A DNA stretch of 64,000 nt from Candidatus Poribacteria bacterium (lineage in GTDB: Bacteria > Poribacteria > WGA-4E > WGA-3G). A program made the position numbers and the translations under genes. The DNA lies in assembly GCA_026710795.1 (NCBI GenBank), contig JAPOQK010000037.1, forward strand, positions 37,514-101,513. Direction: 5' to 3'. The number at the start of each line of letters is the position of its first letter. Positions within the stretch are counted from its first letter, which is position 1. The notes below the pieces were generated by a model. The model was not told the origin of the DNA, searched no databases, and was given only the letters and a program-made list of their open reading frames with translations. Below, piece by piece: positions 1-9,809 of this stretch.

Positions 1-383
1 TTATCATAAGGAAGCATACCTACAACAGGAATCGTTGTTGTATAAGGTGTTAGGGATACCTCAGATTTTGCTTTAGTGAAGTTTGCAAGTATAGATGATT
101 TACCACTATTCGGAGGACCTAACATCACAATTTGTCCTGCTCCCTGTTTCGGTATATGTTCACTATACCCTTTTTTACCCGATTTCTTATCACCTTTTGC
201 ACTTCCACCTTTTTTCAACACTGCAATGCGTTTACGCAGATCCGATACAACTTTCTCAGTTCCTTTATGCTTCGGAACAATACGCAACATTTCCTCTAAC
301 AGACTCAACCGCTCTTCATCTGTTTTTGCTGCTTCGTGTTGATGTTTAAGTTTATAGTATGTTGGAGGTAAATTTGCTGGCAT
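1..383 (-). CDS. DRG/Rbg1-like OBG-type GTPase, N-terminal part (gene runs off the window start)
   Basis: Reverse-strand translation from ATG at 381-383 reads MPANLPPTYYKLKHQHEAAKTDEERLSLLEEMLRIVPKHKGTEKVVSDLRKRIAVLKKGGSAKGDKKSGKKGYSEHIPKQGAGQIVMLGPPNSGKSSILANFTKAKSEVSLTPYTTTIPVVGM with no stops. It has the G1 P-loop GPPNSGKSS, a conserved TT (TPYTTT) and a coiled-coil N-terminus typical of the DRG family. The + strand ORFs at 76..342 and 95..349 are shadow ORFs of this gene. Confidence 0.6.
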   Translation of the reverse strand, partial: MPANLPPTYYKLKHQHEAAKTDEERLSLLEEMLRIVPKHKGTEKVVSDLRKRIAVLKKGGSAKGDKKSGKKGYSEHIPKQGAGQIVMLGPPNSGKSSILANFTKAKSEVSLTPYTTTIPVVGMLPYD

Positions 384-775
384 AATACACTCCGTATCTT
401 GATTTGGTATCTATAGCATAATCTGATAATATCAAAGATACCTTTAGGTCTAACTGTGGAGTTAATCGATGTAGATACGTATTGCTTAGAAAATGATGTA
501 GTTAGAGATTATGTATAGTCATGATATACAGTTATATAATACCAAAATTGTGTCCTCATGTCAAGACCATTCATTTGTTATAGTTTTAAGAATTCTCTGT
601 AGATGAGTGTTACTTTGAGTTTATATTGTAGGTCGGTTTCGCATACTCTACCCATTGGTCTCAACTTAAGAAAAAATTGCCGATTCTTGATTTGGTAAAC
701 CTGATTCAGACAAATACAATATAATATACCTATAAAATACCAATATATATCCAATAAAACATTTCGCTTTTTAAT

Positions 776-804
776 TTGACACACACAAAAAGATAGTATA
801 TAAT
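776..804 (+). promoter_or_regulatory. Perfect-consensus sigma70 promoter (TTGACA-N17-TATAAT)
   Basis: TTGACA at 776-781, a 17 nt spacer, then TATAAT at 799-804, all read directly from the sequence. No protein-coding gene lies downstream on this strand. Confidence 0.5.
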
Positions 805-810
805 TAACAA

Positions 811-906
811 GTGTTTAGAATATAGGATTATATCTGTGGCACGAGTTGAGATCCGCTAGAAGGAGGTATAAACACAAACTCACCAAGTGTGTAGTACTTG
901 GTTTTT
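811..906 (+). ncRNA. Candidate small RNA of about 95 nt between the consensus promoter and an intrinsic terminator
   Basis: The predicted TSS is about 7 nt after the -10 box. The transcript would end at the hairpin CCAAGT-gtgtagt-ACTTGG (883-901) followed by TTTTT (902-906). It contains a GAAGGAGG stretch but no start codon follows, and no ORF of 60 aa or more exists here. Confidence 0.3.
883..906 (+). terminator. Rho-independent terminator-like hairpin plus T-run
   Basis: A 6 bp stem (CCAAGT/ACTTGG) with a 7 nt loop is followed immediately by TTTTTGTG. Confidence 0.45.
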
Positions 907-1000
907 GTGACTAAGGGACTGTATATTGGTTTTCTAAGTTTCATGTCTTACAAATTGTGAAGGTAGGTCAAGAGAAGAAAAAGACCAAAAAGGAACTCCA

Positions 1001-1079
1001 AAAAAAAAAGTGAAATTCGCGTCACATTCCTTATCCTGACTGAATTCTTTAGGTCACAGGTGACGTGCAAAACGTCACA
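1001..1079 (-). repeat. Copy 1 of a roughly 78 bp intergenic repeat with a poly-A/T tract, GTCAC/GTGAC palindromes and a conserved core CAGTCAGGATAAGGAATGTGACGCGAA
   Basis: This copy is about 86% identical to the reverse complement of 20809..20886. The shared core runs ...GTGACG-TTTTGCA-CGTCAC...AGTCAGGATAAGGAATGTGACGCGAATTTC(A/G)C-T(9-10). Its minus-strand reading ends in a T-run. Confidence 0.6.
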
Positions 1080-1311
1080 ATTTATCGCACATACAGATGA
1101 ACAATTTAAAGGTAAATTAACAGATATAGGTTACGTATCTCTCTATCCTACCTACAAGAGATTATATTGAATTGTGAAAAATATATCCGAAAAACCCTAA
1201 AACTAAATAACCCTACAGAATCAGAAATCTTCTTGTCAAAATTAGGAGAGTATGATATTATCTCAAGATTATTAACTTACATTGATTTTACTACAAAATT
1301 AGGAGACAAAT

Positions 1312-1734
1312 ATGGCTGTATTCTTACATACACGTGTTCGTGTTAGCGACCTTGATAAATCTATAAAATGGTATTGCGACCATCTCGGTTTCAAAGTACT
1401 GAGTCGTAGTGATAAATCACCAGCAGGAAACCAGATCGTCCATCTTGAACTTCCAGGGAACGCGCACACGTTAGAATTGACTTACTCCCCGGATTTCGAC
1501 CTTCAAGTACAAGAAGACTTGATGCACTTTGCTATCGGTGTTCCAGATATCGTTGAATTCTGTGAGGGTTTAGAAAAGGCAGGATTGGAAATATGGCCCG
1601 ATGGGTGGCATAAACAGTTTACATCGGGTGGAATGAAGATGGCATTCATTACAGATCCAGATGGATATGAGGTAGAGTTGTTAGAACGAAAAGATGCGGC
1701 TGGCGATCCACTTGATGTCCTTGATGAATCTTAG
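1312..1734 (+). CDS. VOC / glyoxalase-I family protein
   Basis: The 140 aa ORF starts with a recognisable glyoxalase/bleomycin-resistance fold opening (VRVSDLDKSIKWYCDHLGFKV ... HLELPG). AGGAGA lies 7 nt upstream of the ATG. Confidence 0.75.
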   Translation: MAVFLHTRVRVSDLDKSIKWYCDHLGFKVLSRSDKSPAGNQIVHLELPGNAHTLELTYSPDFDLQVQEDLMHFAIGVPDIVEFCEGLEKAGLEIWPDGWHKQFTSGGMKMAFITDPDGYEVELLERKDAAGDPLDVLDES

Positions 1735-2546
1735 ACAAAGGACCAAAAGTTGTTCCAAGCTGACATCCAATCTTTTCCATGACTTTCAGCGGTAACCGGA
1801 CCAGTTATTTCAACACCCGGTCTCCCTTTGAAATCAGAAAGTTTATCTACACTGGAGACTTCAATTTTTATTGTTGTAGGCTTATCAGGTATATATGGAT
1901 GAACACCTGTCATATCGGAAAGTGCATCTTTGACTGCTTGCTCAATCATTTCGCGAGCACGTACTGGAGGAATATGTCGCGCACTGTAACGACTCAGTCC
2001 TTTTTTGACTGCAACCGTTGGTAGTGATTCTCCGAGTAATTCTTGTGCTTCTCTACACACCGCAACATCACCAGTAACAAGCGCAATCGGCACACCGTAA
2101 TGACCGTTCAGGGCAGCATTTACACCAGTTTCTCCAACAAGATCATCGTTGAACCATAGGTTTCTATATTGGACAGTAGAAATAGTATGACACAGGACAC
2201 CGTCCGGAGTGTTATTACGGGCATGCATACCGATAAGCAAACAAGCATCACAACCATCTTTCCACATATCTTCGTAACGTCCCCAACCATGATGTGCTAC
2301 CCATTCACAATCTGGGTGAATCTTATCTGGAATCAACGAATTAAATGTCCAACCTCGACCGGCTCCATGACAGTCAACAACGACTATCTCTGTAGCACCT
2401 GCGGCTTTAGCACCTCTTACTGCAGCGTTGATTTCTTCTGTATAGAGATGTCTGCCTTCTTCAAACATCGCAGCACCCCCATCAACTTGATCCCAAACAA
2501 CAATACCGCTAACACCCTCCATATCGGACATTATCAATACTCGCAA
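1731..2546 (-). CDS. M55 family D-aminopeptidase (DppA-like)
   Basis: The 271 aa ORF begins MRVLIMSDMEGVSGIV...VVDCHG...GMHA, which is characteristic of peptidase M55 (DppA). It converges on the glyoxalase gene with a 4 nt overlap. Confidence 0.75.
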   Translation of the reverse strand: MRVLIMSDMEGVSGIVVWDQVDGGAAMFEEGRHLYTEEINAAVRGAKAAGATEIVVVDCHGAGRGWTFNSLIPDKIHPDCEWVAHHGWGRYEDMWKDGCDACLLIGMHARNNTPDGVLCHTISTVQYRNLWFNDDLVGETGVNAALNGHYGVPIALVTGDVAVCREAQELLGESLPTVAVKKGLSRYSARHIPPVRAREMIEQAVKDALSDMTGVHPYIPDKPTTIKIEVSSVDKLSDFKGRPGVEITGPVTAESHGKDWMSAWNNFWSFV

Positions 2547-2695
2547 TGTTTTATTCCTCTCTTTATCTATGACCTATGTTATTACCTGAGTATAAACAAG
2601 TCTTCCTTAAAATGCAAGTGCAAATTTGAACGACATAAACGGTATATGAAAACGGTGGTGATATAATTATCTGCATAGTTATGTAGTTAGGATAA

Positions 2696-4102
2696 ATGAA
2701 TACAAAAAGAGGTGATTTAACTCAAGGAGGTCTATTACGCCATCTGTTACAACTTTCAGTGCCGATAACATGCGGCTACATACTCCAAGATGCATTCAAT
2801 ATTGTTGATATGATTTTTGTCGGCAGATTGGGACCTGCAGCAATAGCAGCTGTTGGCATTAGCGGTAATTTGTTGCGGTTAATTGCTGTTTTATCTCTCG
2901 GTATTTCAACAGGTGCGGGGATATTGGTGTCACAATACCTTGGTGCAAGGAATCATGCACAAGCAGGATACGTGGCGATGCAGGCTATACTACTTGCATT
3001 TTTTGCTGCCATAGGAATTGGTATTGTTGGGTATCCATTGGCTGAATTCGGTTTACGTGCCGTCCGAACAACAGACATTGAGGTGATACAACTCGGTACA
3101 ACCTATATGCAGATAATACTAATCGGCATAAGTGCTATGTTTCTATCAATGACACTGGGTTCGATTTTCCGTGCTGGTGGTGATGCTGTTACACCAATGG
3201 TCGTCTTGATATTGTCAACCTTGGTTAACATTGGACTTGACCCTCTACTGATATTTGGTTTGTGGAAATTCCCAAAACTGGGTGTAGCAGGATCGGCTTA
3301 TGCAACACTGATCGGTAGAGGTGTCGGTGTCGTTATCTTGCTTTTTCTCTGTTTTAGTGGTAAAGCTCCTATATCACTTCGTAATGTATTATTGCGCGCT
3401 GATCTTGTAGAAATGCTTGACATTTTAAGGCTGGGAATTTATAGTTCTATGCAGGGTTTCTGGCGACATTTATCTCGACTCGGATTCCTCTGGATTATCG
3501 GTCCTTACGGTAAATTTGCCGTTGCTGCCTATACGATCTGTATGCGTCTTAGAATTCTGGTTATGAACCCAGGTTTTGGGATAGCCAACGCTGTTGCACC
3601 TGTTGTTGGTCAAAATATGGGGGCAAATTTGATAGAACGCGCAGAAAAAACAGCTAAGATTGGAAATATACTGGCAACAACGGTAATGACCGGAATTGGA
3701 ATATTATTCTTAGTTTACCCGCATATGTTCATACGGGTATTTACCGACGACCAAGAAGTTATAAAAATTGGTTCTGTATACATTCAATTCTTGTCTCTCA
3801 CTTTTGGATTTATAGCCTTTTCACTGGTATTAGGTAAAGCACTTAACGGTGCCGGTGATACTTTCTCACCGATGATTATTACACTCGCCGCACAGATTGG
3901 TGTAGGTTTAGGTCTTGTTATTATATTATCGCATTTTATCGGTCTAAATGGTGTTTGGATCGGCATTGCACTTTCAAATGTTGTTCAAGGCATTGCTATG
4001 TGGATATGGTATAGAACAGGCAAATGGAAAACTATTAAACTTATGAGTGGTAGAGAAAATTCTACCAGAAAGGTGGTGAAAAATGGCGTACAAAGGTTAT
4101 GA
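2696..4102 (+). CDS. MATE family efflux transporter
   Basis: The 468 aa polytopic protein has the MATE N-terminal signature (LLRHLLQLSVPITCGYILQDAFNIVDMIFVGRLGPAAIAAVGI) and 12 predicted TM segments. It ends in TGA, overlapping the next gene's ATG. Confidence 0.85.
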   Translation: MNTKRGDLTQGGLLRHLLQLSVPITCGYILQDAFNIVDMIFVGRLGPAAIAAVGISGNLLRLIAVLSLGISTGAGILVSQYLGARNHAQAGYVAMQAILLAFFAAIGIGIVGYPLAEFGLRAVRTTDIEVIQLGTTYMQIILIGISAMFLSMTLGSIFRAGGDAVTPMVVLILSTLVNIGLDPLLIFGLWKFPKLGVAGSAYATLIGRGVGVVILLFLCFSGKAPISLRNVLLRADLVEMLDILRLGIYSSMQGFWRHLSRLGFLWIIGPYGKFAVAAYTICMRLRILVMNPGFGIANAVAPVVGQNMGANLIERAEKTAKIGNILATTVMTGIGILFLVYPHMFIRVFTDDQEVIKIGSVYIQFLSLTFGFIAFSLVLGKALNGAGDTFSPMIITLAAQIGVGLGLVIILSHFIGLNGVWIGIALSNVVQGIAMWIWYRTGKWKTIKLMSGRENSTRKVVKNGVQRL

Positions 4103-4913
4103 AAATCCTCAGTTGGTTATTTCTGCTGAGGAACTGAAAAATAGTCTTGATGATACGTATTGTATCGTTGATACACGTCCGACACATGAATATATCCAAG
4201 GGCATATACCAGGGGCACTTCATCTTGACCTGTTTGGATTGAGTTTGATCAATACACGCAAAGAGACATTAGATACATTTATGTGGATGATTGCCTACCT
4301 ATTCCAACAACGTGGTATTGATCCAGCGAAAACCATAATTTGGTATGATAATATCTCAGGCATATATGCATCTCGTGGTTTTTGGTTTTGCGAGTATTTA
4401 GGACATCAAGAGAATCGTGTTTTAGATGGTGGCTTTAATGCATGGTTAGCAGCAGAAGGTTCGGTCAGTACAGAAGGTGTAGAACCCCCTAAAGTACCGC
4501 AATTTCCCATAGAGACGATCCACGAATTACATATGGATGCGAATCTGATACATTCAAATCTGACTCAAGACGATTTTGTCTCACTTGATACACGTACAGA
4601 TGAAGAACATTATGGACGAGTTGCTCGGGCAAAACGGGCAGGGGCAATACCAGGGTCGGTCCATATTGAGTGGGTCAATAATCTTGATGATTCTGGGGCG
4701 TTCAAACCTGCTGCTGAACTGAGAGAAATGTACGAAGCAGCAGGAATAACGCATGGAAAAAGGGTAATGTGCTACTGACAGGGCGGCTACCGTTCTTCGC
4801 AGACCTATTTAGCATTGCGGCTTATCGGGTATCAGTTAGTAAGCAATTACATTGGGTCTTGGAAAGAATGGGGAGACCAGCTGGATTTGCCGGTCGAAAT
4901 TCCTGAAGAATAG
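4083..4913 (+). CDS. Two-domain rhodanese / thiosulfate-3-mercaptopyruvate sulfurtransferase with in-frame TGA (putative selenocysteine) at the catalytic position
   Basis: The called ORF ends at TGA 4776-4778 (..KRVMCY*). The same frame continues QGGYRSSQTYLALRLIGYQLVSNYIGSWKEWGDQLDLPVEIPEE to TAG at 4911-4913. This is the canonical rhodanese C-terminus: active loop C-x-x-G-x-R, then GY..V..Y.GSW.EW. The TGA aligns with the catalytic Cys (U-Q-G-G-Y-R). Confidence 0.7.
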
Positions 4914-4915
4914 TA

Positions 4916-5650
4916 TTAGATTGTATTAGAGAAATTACTACATAATTCTGCAACTGCTGCTGGACATTCATGCGGTAAATAGTGTCCGGCACTTTGCAGC
5001 CATATAATTTGAATATTTTGGTTTGATGGAATGCGTAACTTAGTTTCAGTAGTCTCATTTCTTCCCATTCCACCGAAAACTTCATAGATGGGAATTGGTG
5101 TCCTTTCAAGGAAGTTATAAGCATCAAATTCTATGACTGTTGACCAAAAACTTCTCCATACGCTCTGCTCAAAACGGTTTCGCGTATCAGATGACTTTTT
5201 TTGTATCTTCTTAATCTCTATTTGTGAAAGTGTACCGTAAAACCTTCCTTCGTCAAAAGCACTACCGGCAGATGATAAACTTGTCCATCCCTCAAGCAAA
5301 ACAAGTCCAGCAATGCTTGAGGAACATCTTGCAGCATCCATTGCAACCATCCCGCCAAGACTGTGTCCAACAAGTATAAACTTATCAATTTCAATATAGT
5401 CTGTTAGTTTTAATACGTCATTAGAAAGATTTGTTAAGGTAAATGGTTCGGTGGGTGTACTACTCTTTCCATGCCCTCTAAAATCCAGTATGATACAACG
5501 ATGACTACTTGGCAATATATCTATCACCGTTTGCCAATCTTCTGAATCACATCCAGTTCCATGTAAGAATAGTAGCGGAATACCAGTTCCACCAGTATCA
5601 GAATAAGCCATTTTACCCCAACATGTCTGGAGATATTTGGTATTAACCAT
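4916..5650 (-). CDS. Alpha/beta-fold hydrolase
   Basis: It carries the HG oxyanion motif (LLFLHGTGCDSEDW) and the GHSLGG nucleophile elbow. The real start may be the internal MAYSD. Confidence 0.75.
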   Translation of the reverse strand: MVNTKYLQTCWGKMAYSDTGGTGIPLLFLHGTGCDSEDWQTVIDILPSSHRCIILDFRGHGKSSTPTEPFTLTNLSNDVLKLTDYIEIDKFILVGHSLGGMVAMDAARCSSSIAGLVLLEGWTSLSSAGSAFDEGRFYGTLSQIEIKKIQKKSSDTRNRFEQSVWRSFWSTVIEFDAYNFLERTPIPIYEVFGGMGRNETTETKLRIPSNQNIQIIWLQSAGHYLPHECPAAVAELCSNFSNTI

Positions 5651-5661
5651 TGTGGTGTAAT

Positions 5662-6888
5662 TTAATGCAAAAAGTGTGCGTCCACTGTATCGCCTGATTG
5701 TAAGGTCGCGCCAGATGGAATTATGATTAACCCATTTGCTAAAACGAGAGAATGTAATATACCCGAACCTTGTGGACCTGTCGTTTTTGCAATGTATTGA
5801 CCATTCTTTTCTGTAAGGATTGCACGCATATAGTTAACCCTACCATCTTTGTTGGTTACATCTGTTTCCAAAATGGCTTTTATGGTTGGACGTAACAAGT
5901 CGGTATGTCCAGCCATTTTCATGAGTGCAGGACGCACAAAAAGTTCAAAAACAACGAGTGAAGATACAGGATTTCCGGGTAATCCAAAGACAGGTTTTCC
6001 ATCAATTATTCCATATGCTTGTGGTTTTCCGGGTTTCATTGCCACACGCCAAAAGTTCATCTTACCCAATTTCGTCAGGACGTTTTTCACAATATCATGT
6101 TCACCGACAGACACACCACCGCTTGTTATTAGAGCATCGGCTTTAGCTATAGATTCTCGGAATATACGTTCTGTTTCCGTTTCATCATCCGGAGCAATTC
6201 CCATATCTATAGGAATTCCTCCTGCATTCTGCACTTGTGCATACATTCCGTATCGGTTACTATCTCTTATCTTACCGGGTTTGAGTGGTTCACCGAGTGG
6301 TGTGAGTTCATCACCAGTTGAGACAATGGCAACCGTCGGTTTTTGATGTACCGTAACTTCCGCACAATTCAGAGAAGCCATCATAGAAATTTCAGGTGGA
6401 CGCAAAACTTTACCGGGAGACATCACACAATCACCTTTTTTTACGCTCTCACCCGTAAAACGAACATTCTCATTTCTCTCAACACTCTCAAATATTTTTA
6501 CTTCGTCTCCAACAAGTTCTGTCACCTCTTGCATGACAACAGCATCAGCACCGTCTGGCATCATTGCACCGGTCATAATCCGTGCGGTTTGTCCACCGGA
6601 AACTTGTTCTTTTGGAGCATATCCTGCAGCTATGGTTTCCACAACTGATAACACTGTAGGATTTTCTTTGGTTGTTCCTTTCACATCTGTTGAACGAACT
6701 GCAAAACCGTCCATAGCAGAATTATCAAAAGGTGGGATGTTTTCTTTTGCGTGTAATTCTTCTGCAAGAACATATCCGGAACATTCAAGTATACCTCGGT
6801 TTTCTGTTGGTAAGATAGGGATACTTTCCAACATCTGTTGGCGTGCTTCTTCAACACTTAGCATTAAATTCACTCCAATCTTCTTCAC
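5662..6888 (-). CDS. moeA: Molybdopterin molybdotransferase MoeA
   Basis: It has the MoeA N-terminal domain (FDNSAMDGFAV) and a central MoCF-binding domain (GDEL...ALITSGGVSVGEHD), consistent with the MoeA/gephyrin E family. Confidence 0.85.
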   Translation of the reverse strand: MKKIGVNLMLSVEEARQQMLESIPILPTENRGILECSGYVLAEELHAKENIPPFDNSAMDGFAVRSTDVKGTTKENPTVLSVVETIAAGYAPKEQVSGGQTARIMTGAMMPDGADAVVMQEVTELVGDEVKIFESVERNENVRFTGESVKKGDCVMSPGKVLRPPEISMMASLNCAEVTVHQKPTVAIVSTGDELTPLGEPLKPGKIRDSNRYGMYAQVQNAGGIPIDMGIAPDDETETERIFRESIAKADALITSGGVSVGEHDIVKNVLTKLGKMNFWRVAMKPGKPQAYGIIDGKPVFGLPGNPVSSLVVFELFVRPALMKMAGHTDLLRPTIKAILETDVTNKDGRVNYMRAILTEKNGQYIAKTTGPQGSGILHSLVLANGLIIIPSGATLQSGDTVDAHFLH

Positions 6889-6929
6889 TACTTGTAACTA
6901 TCACAAAATATATTATCTATCTTTAGTAC

Positions 6930-7424
6930 TTATGTCGCATGTCCTATAAGCAGAACGGCAGCAGGTAAAGATGTGTCCGCTGCTTTTTCAAATGCCCAAT
7001 CTATATTACCAATATCCGTATCTGTTTCACACATCTTATATGGTAAATTCCATGCATTGAGTGTCGGTTCAAGGAAGGTTGCAACAGAATCTACCCATTT
7101 CCCTTCAGCATCCCGGTTATGATACCCACGATAACCTATGAATACAACGACAGGGATTTGCATGTTAAACACAGTTCCTCGGAACGCATCACCAGATTCG
7201 AGTAAACCAGTATTTTGGATAATAATAACAGGTTTCTTACCCCCAATATACAATCCTGCAGCGATAGCAAATGCTTCACCTTCCCGTGTTACAGTAATTA
7301 CATCAATTTCTGGATCTTTACGTAACGACTCGTATATTCGCGCACTACCGTTGTCTGGCACTCCAATAACATGGGTAATATTCTGTTTTTTCAATATATC
7401 TACTATTTTCTGAGTTGATGCCAC
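6930..7424 (-). CDS. TPP-enzyme N-terminal-domain protein (sulfopyruvate / phosphonopyruvate decarboxylase alpha-subunit-like), apparently stand-alone
   Basis: The 164 aa ORF has ITHVIGVPDNGSARIYESL...ITVTREGEAFAIAAGL...IIQNTGLLESGDA, the pyrimidine-binding N-terminal TPP domain. No beta subunit or C-terminal TPP domain is adjacent. Confidence 0.5.
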   Translation of the reverse strand: MASTQKIVDILKKQNITHVIGVPDNGSARIYESLRKDPEIDVITVTREGEAFAIAAGLYIGGKKPVIIIQNTGLLESGDAFRGTVFNMQIPVVVFIGYRGYHNRDAEGKWVDSVATFLEPTLNAWNLPYKMCETDTDIGNIDWAFEKAADTSLPAAVLLIGHAT

Positions 7425-7445
7425 AAGTGTTCCTCATTCATACAA

Positions 7446-7471
7446 TTGGGCAGGTTCAATGACCTGCCCAA
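7446..7471 (-). terminator. Strong GC-rich hairpin downstream of acs (putative intrinsic terminator)
   Basis: TTGGGCAGGT-tcaatg-ACCTGCCCAA forms a perfect 10 bp stem 66 nt after the acs stop on the minus strand. The trailing U-tract is weak (TTGTATGAATGA). Confidence 0.4.
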
Positions 7472-7536
7472 ACGATTATAACTCACCATAAATAAATCAG
7501 AGAAGCAAGGGAGAATATAACTTCTCCCAGTCAATA

Positions 7537-9480
7537 TTACTGTCTACCTTCTACCAATGCATCAACTACTGTTGGATCGGCAAGTGTAGACGTATCACCG
7601 AGATTAGATATATCACCTTCTGCAATTTTACGAAGAATACGCCGCATAATCTTACCTGATCGGGTTTTCGGTAATGCTGGAGTAAACTGTATCTTATCCG
7701 GTGTTGCGATAGGTCCAATATGTTGTCGTACGGCTTGTTTGATACCAGTCTCTACATCATCGGATGCAGATTCACCTGTCATGAGTGTGACATACGCATA
7801 GATTCCCTGTCCCTTGATGTCGTGTGTGTAGCCAACAACTGCAGCTTCTGCCACAGCATCATGTTGTCCAATAGCACCTTCAACTTCTGCTGTTCCTAAC
7901 CTATGTCCGGAAACATTCAGAACATCATCTACACGACCAGTAATCCAGTAATATCCATCTTCATCACGCAGCACACCATCACCAGTCATGTAATATCCTG
8001 GGAATCTTCTGAAATAGACATCAATGAAACGTTCATGATCACCATAAACTGTTCGCATGATACCGGGCCACGCTGTCTTAATACATAAATAACCCGTTGC
8101 TGGGTTGCCTTCGACTTCTTTACCTTCTTCATCCAATATCACAGGTTCAATTCCAAAGAAGGGGAACGTTGCAGAACCCGGTTTAAGCGGAGTTGCAGCA
8201 GGTAAAGGAGTAATCAGAATTCCACCAGTTTCTGTCTGCCACCACGTATCAATAATCGGACACCTTTTGTCACCAACAATGTTATAATACCACAACCATT
8301 CAGGCTCTTTAATGGGTTCACCGACTGTGCCGAGTAAACGTAGCGTTGATCTGTCGTATTTCTCCACCCACGTATTACCTTCCTTCATTAATGCGCGTAG
8401 TGCTGTGGGGGCAGTGTAGAATAGATTGATTTTGTGCTTTTCCACAACCTGCCAAAAACGACCAAAATCTGGATAGTTTGGAACACCTTCAAACATAACG
8501 GAAATGGCACGATTTGCAAGTGGTCCGTAGATGATGTATGAATGTCCGGTAATCCAACCAATATCCGCAGTGCACCAGTAAACATCACCTTCGTGGTAGT
8601 CAAATACCTGTTGATGGGTATATGAGGTATAAACCAGATAACCGCCTGTGGTATGTAAAACACCTTTCGGTTTTCCTGTTGATCCAGATGTATATAGAAT
8701 GAAGAGTGGGTCTTCAGCATTCATCACTTCCGGTTCACATTCGGCATCAGCAGTTTCCATCGCTTCGTGCCACCAAATATCACGTGATGCATCAAAATCT
8801 ACAGCATCACCCGTGCGTTTAACGACTACGATCTTTTCAATAGATGGACAAACTTCCACCGCAGCATCAGCATTCGCTTTCATCGGTATATCGCTTCGTG
8901 TCCCACGCAACGCTGTATCTTGTGTTATCAATAGTTTGCATGCAGAATCGTTTATACGATCTCGCAGCGATTCAGCAGAAAACGCACCGAATACAATGGA
9001 ATGAACTGCGCCTATTCTTGCACAAGCCAACATAGCAATTGATAATTCTGGGACCATTTGCAGGTAGATACAGACACGATCACCTTTTTCAACACCTTGT
9101 GCCTTCAAGACATTAGCAAACTTCTTTACTTCTACAAGTAATTCATTAAAACTGAATGTCTTATCCTCAGAAGGATCATTACCCTCCCAAATAATCGCTG
9201 TTTCATCTCCATATCCTGCTTCCACATGACGATCGACACAGTTATAACAAGCGTTTAAAGTACCACCCTCAAACCATTTTATCTCTGCTTTCACAAAATC
9301 GTAATCACGAACTGTATCCCATTTTTGATACCACGTCAACCGTTCAGCAATTGTTGCCCAAAAACCCTCTGGGTCTTGGATTGATTCAGCGTACCTTTGC
9401 TGATATGCCTCCAAACTATTAACGTGAGCGTCACCGATTGGATAAGCAGTTTCCATCGGTGGGAAAACATTATTAGCCAT
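7537..9480 (-). CDS. acs: Acetyl-coenzyme A synthetase (AMP-forming)
   Basis: The 647 aa protein has the Acs N-terminus ([18 protein letters not shown]), the AMP-binding motif [12 protein letters not shown] and a C-terminal [13 protein letters not shown] motif. Confidence 0.9.
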   Translation of the reverse strand: MANNVFPPMETAYPIGDAHVNSLEAYQQRYAESIQDPEGFWATIAERLTWYQKWDTVRDYDFVKAEIKWFEGGTLNACYNCVDRHVEAGYGDETAIIWEGNDPSEDKTFSFNELLVEVKKFANVLKAQGVEKGDRVCIYLQMVPELSIAMLACARIGAVHSIVFGAFSAESLRDRINDSACKLLITQDTALRGTRSDIPMKANADAAVEVCPSIEKIVVVKRTGDAVDFDASRDIWWHEAMETADAECEPEVMNAEDPLFILYTSGSTGKPKGVLHTTGGYLVYTSYTHQQVFDYHEGDVYWCTADIGWITGHSYIIYGPLANRAISVMFEGVPNYPDFGRFWQVVEKHKINLFYTAPTALRALMKEGNTWVEKYDRSTLRLLGTVGEPIKEPEWLWYYNIVGDKRCPIIDTWWQTETGGILITPLPAATPLKPGSATFPFFGIEPVILDEEGKEVEGNPATGYLCIKTAWPGIMRTVYGDHERFIDVYFRRFPGYYMTGDGVLRDEDGYYWITGRVDDVLNVSGHRLGTAEVEGAIGQHDAVAEAAVVGYTHDIKGQGIYAYVTLMTGESASDDVETGIKQAVRQHIGPIATPDKIQFTPALPKTRSGKIMRRILRKIAEGDISNLGDTSTLADPTVVDALVEGRQ

Positions 9481-9745
9481 CTATTCTCTCCTCTATATAC
9501 TTATTCTCTATGCAATTCTATAGTCTTGAGTTTGTTACATTATATAGTATAACGGGTAGTGTGTCAATACATGAGATGCGAAAATCAGGGATATTTAGTT
9601 TTAGGTTTCTTGGTTATTTTTCACAGGTGTTATTATATCAATATATGATTACTACACCTATGATGTTGTCTTGTTACAGTCTCGGAGAGGAAACATTCCA
9701 TTTGGCATGAACCATTCTGTAACAGACATTAATTAATTTGACTTT

Positions 9746-9779
9746 TTAGGTAATATATAATATAATTATAGTTACCTAA
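9746..9779. promoter_or_regulatory. Inverted repeat TTAGGTAA-N18-TTACCTAA in the acs/rrf2 divergent promoter region (candidate Rrf2 operator)
   Basis: The 8 bp arms at 9746-9753 and 9772-9779 are exact reverse complements. They sit about 35 bp upstream of the Rrf2 regulator start, in an AT-rich divergent region. Confidence 0.3.
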
Positions 9780-9809
9780 ATTGGTTAGGTATAGAAAGGA
9801 TGGACGCAA

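Noticed and set aside
76-349. Plus-strand ORFs 76..342 and 95..349
   Set aside because: They are shadow ORFs antisense to the minus-strand GTPase gene. They have no RBS and an odd composition.
2169-2666. Numerous 60-165 aa ORFs antisense to or overlapping strong genes (e.g. 2169..2666, 5849..6346, 6533..6949, 16039..16758, 40354..40968, 41380..42003, 53078..53551, 54932..55555)
   Set aside because: Each lies inside a well-supported gene on the other strand or frame. Their sequences are low-complexity (S/T/I-rich) with no motifs. They are treated as spurious.
4776-4778. Alternative genetic code (UGA as Gly or Trp) as the explanation for the in-frame TGAs
   Set aside because: TGA is used as a genuine stop elsewhere in the window (MATE 4100-4102, Rrf2 10245-10247). 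Both in-frame TGAs align with Cys, not Gly or Trp.
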